A DNA stretch of 13,659 bases from Candidatus Woesearchaeota archaeon (lineage in GTDB: Archaea > Nanobdellota > Nanobdellia > SCGC-AAA011-G17 > JAGVZF01): assembly GCA_964549185.1 (NCBI GenBank), contig CAZJUI010000004.1, positions 40,878 to 54,536 of the forward strand, read 5' to 3'. Shown in pieces: positions 13,043 through 13,659 of the stretch. Each line of letters opens with the position of its first letter. Position 1 is the stretch's first letter. The notes under the pieces are model-generated. The model had not been told where the DNA came from. It saw only the letters and a program-made list of their open reading frames with translations, and did no database searches. Made by a program: the position numbers and the translations under genes.

Positions 13043-13572
13043 CTCTTACAAGATTCACAAAGCCATCTCTTTTTTACTTTATATAATGGACCTTCTGAAC
13101 CACAATTTTCACATCTGCCATGGGTTATTTTAACAGGCTTTCTTTTTTCTTCTTTCAATATTTCTAATCTTCTTGAGAAAATCTCAAACATTGCAGGCTC
13201 TATTTTTACTATATCTTTAACTGTAATAAAACCGAGTAATCTTTTTCCATCTACAACAGGTAATTTTCTAATCTCTTCATTATTCATGACAAGTAAAGCA
13301 TCATAAATATCAATGTTTGGCGGAACTGTGACTAGTGTTTTTGTCATCACATCTTTAGCTTTTATATCTTTAGGAATTAAACCTTTAGCTACAACTCTTT
13401 CAACTATATCTTTTTCTGAGATAATACCAACTAGATTTCCCTTATCTTGTATTATAATAGAACCAACACCTTCCTTTAACATTCTCTTTGATATCTCTTG
13501 CAAACTTTCTTCAGGAGTAGCTGTGATTGGCTTTGTTGTCATTGCATCACGAACTGAAATGCCTGTTTTCAT
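13039..13572 (-). CDS. CBS-pair domain protein with a C-terminal CxxC...CxxC zinc ribbon
   Basis: Two CBS repeats (VRDAMTTKPITATPEESLQEISKRMLKEGVGSIIIQD...GIISEKDIV and AKDVMTKTLVTVPPNIDIYDALLVMNNEEIRKLPVVD...GFITVKDIV), then GRCENCGSEGPLYKVKKRWLCESC. Confidence 0.88.
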   Translation of the reverse strand: MKTGISVRDAMTTKPITATPEESLQEISKRMLKEGVGSIIIQDKGNLVGIISEKDIVERVVAKGLIPKDIKAKDVMTKTLVTVPPNIDIYDALLVMNNEEIRKLPVVDGKRLLGFITVKDIVKIEPAMFEIFSRRLEILKEEKRKPVKITHGRCENCGSEGPLYKVKKRWLCESCKS

Positions 13573-13594
13573 AATAAGGGATAATGTAAATAAC

Positions 13595-13602
13595 TTAATA
13601 AA
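13595..13602 (-). promoter_or_regulatory. TATA box TTTATTAA exactly 22 nt upstream of the CBS gene ATG (13572)
   Basis: Counted directly: the intervening positions are 13573-13594. Confidence 0.55.
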
Positions 13603-13659
13603 TGATTCGGTTGAATAAAATGAGTTATTTAATATATAAATTAATAAAAGGTTAGTTAT

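Noticed and set aside
13313-13618. 101-aa plus-strand ORF inside the CBS gene
   Set aside because: Antisense shadow of a confidently called CBS-domain CDS.
1-13659. CRISPR arrays, IS elements, integrases, rRNA and tRNA genes
   Set aside because: I found no regularly spaced direct repeats. No transposase- or recombinase-like ORFs are present on either strand. The only GC-rich RNA-like islands are 5162-5423 and about 9450-9552.

Overview
This is a strongly AT-rich archaeal fragment, roughly 30% G+C by eye. The archaeal assignment rests on an archaeal-type DnaG primase, an archaeal-style SRP RNA, TATA-box promoters and many apparently leaderless genes. The small genes and composition suggest a DPANN-like genome, but that is inference.

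Gene content from left to right:
- A truncated Fe-S oxidoreductase subunit on the minus strand, absent from the ORF track.
- A tightly coupled plus-strand operon: cupin, RDD membrane protein, SppA, an HExxH metallopeptidase, and an unlisted 42-aa five-cysteine ORF.
- A wHTH-MNT/HEPN toxin-antitoxin-like pair.
- An SRP RNA gene.
- A Zn-ribbon ORF plus a 357-aa unknown protein.
- Three small membrane or secreted proteins.
- dnaG.
- A GC-enriched structured-RNA candidate with its own promoter.
- Two small unknown ORFs, one with a Tpt1/ART-lobe-like motif pattern.
- An RHH/PIN-like (DUF3368-type) TA pair with a palindromic operator.
- Three tandem divergent paralogues of a ~160-aa family I cannot place.
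- A Met-free GTG ORF.
- A CBS-pair/Zn-ribbon protein.

No CRISPR array, rRNA, tRNA, transposase or integrase is visible. The best candidate for something undescribed is the paralogue triplet at 11087-12651. Next come the orphan RNA at about 9401-9552 and the 5436-6831 gene pair. All family assignments come from motif recognition by eye, since no searches could be run.
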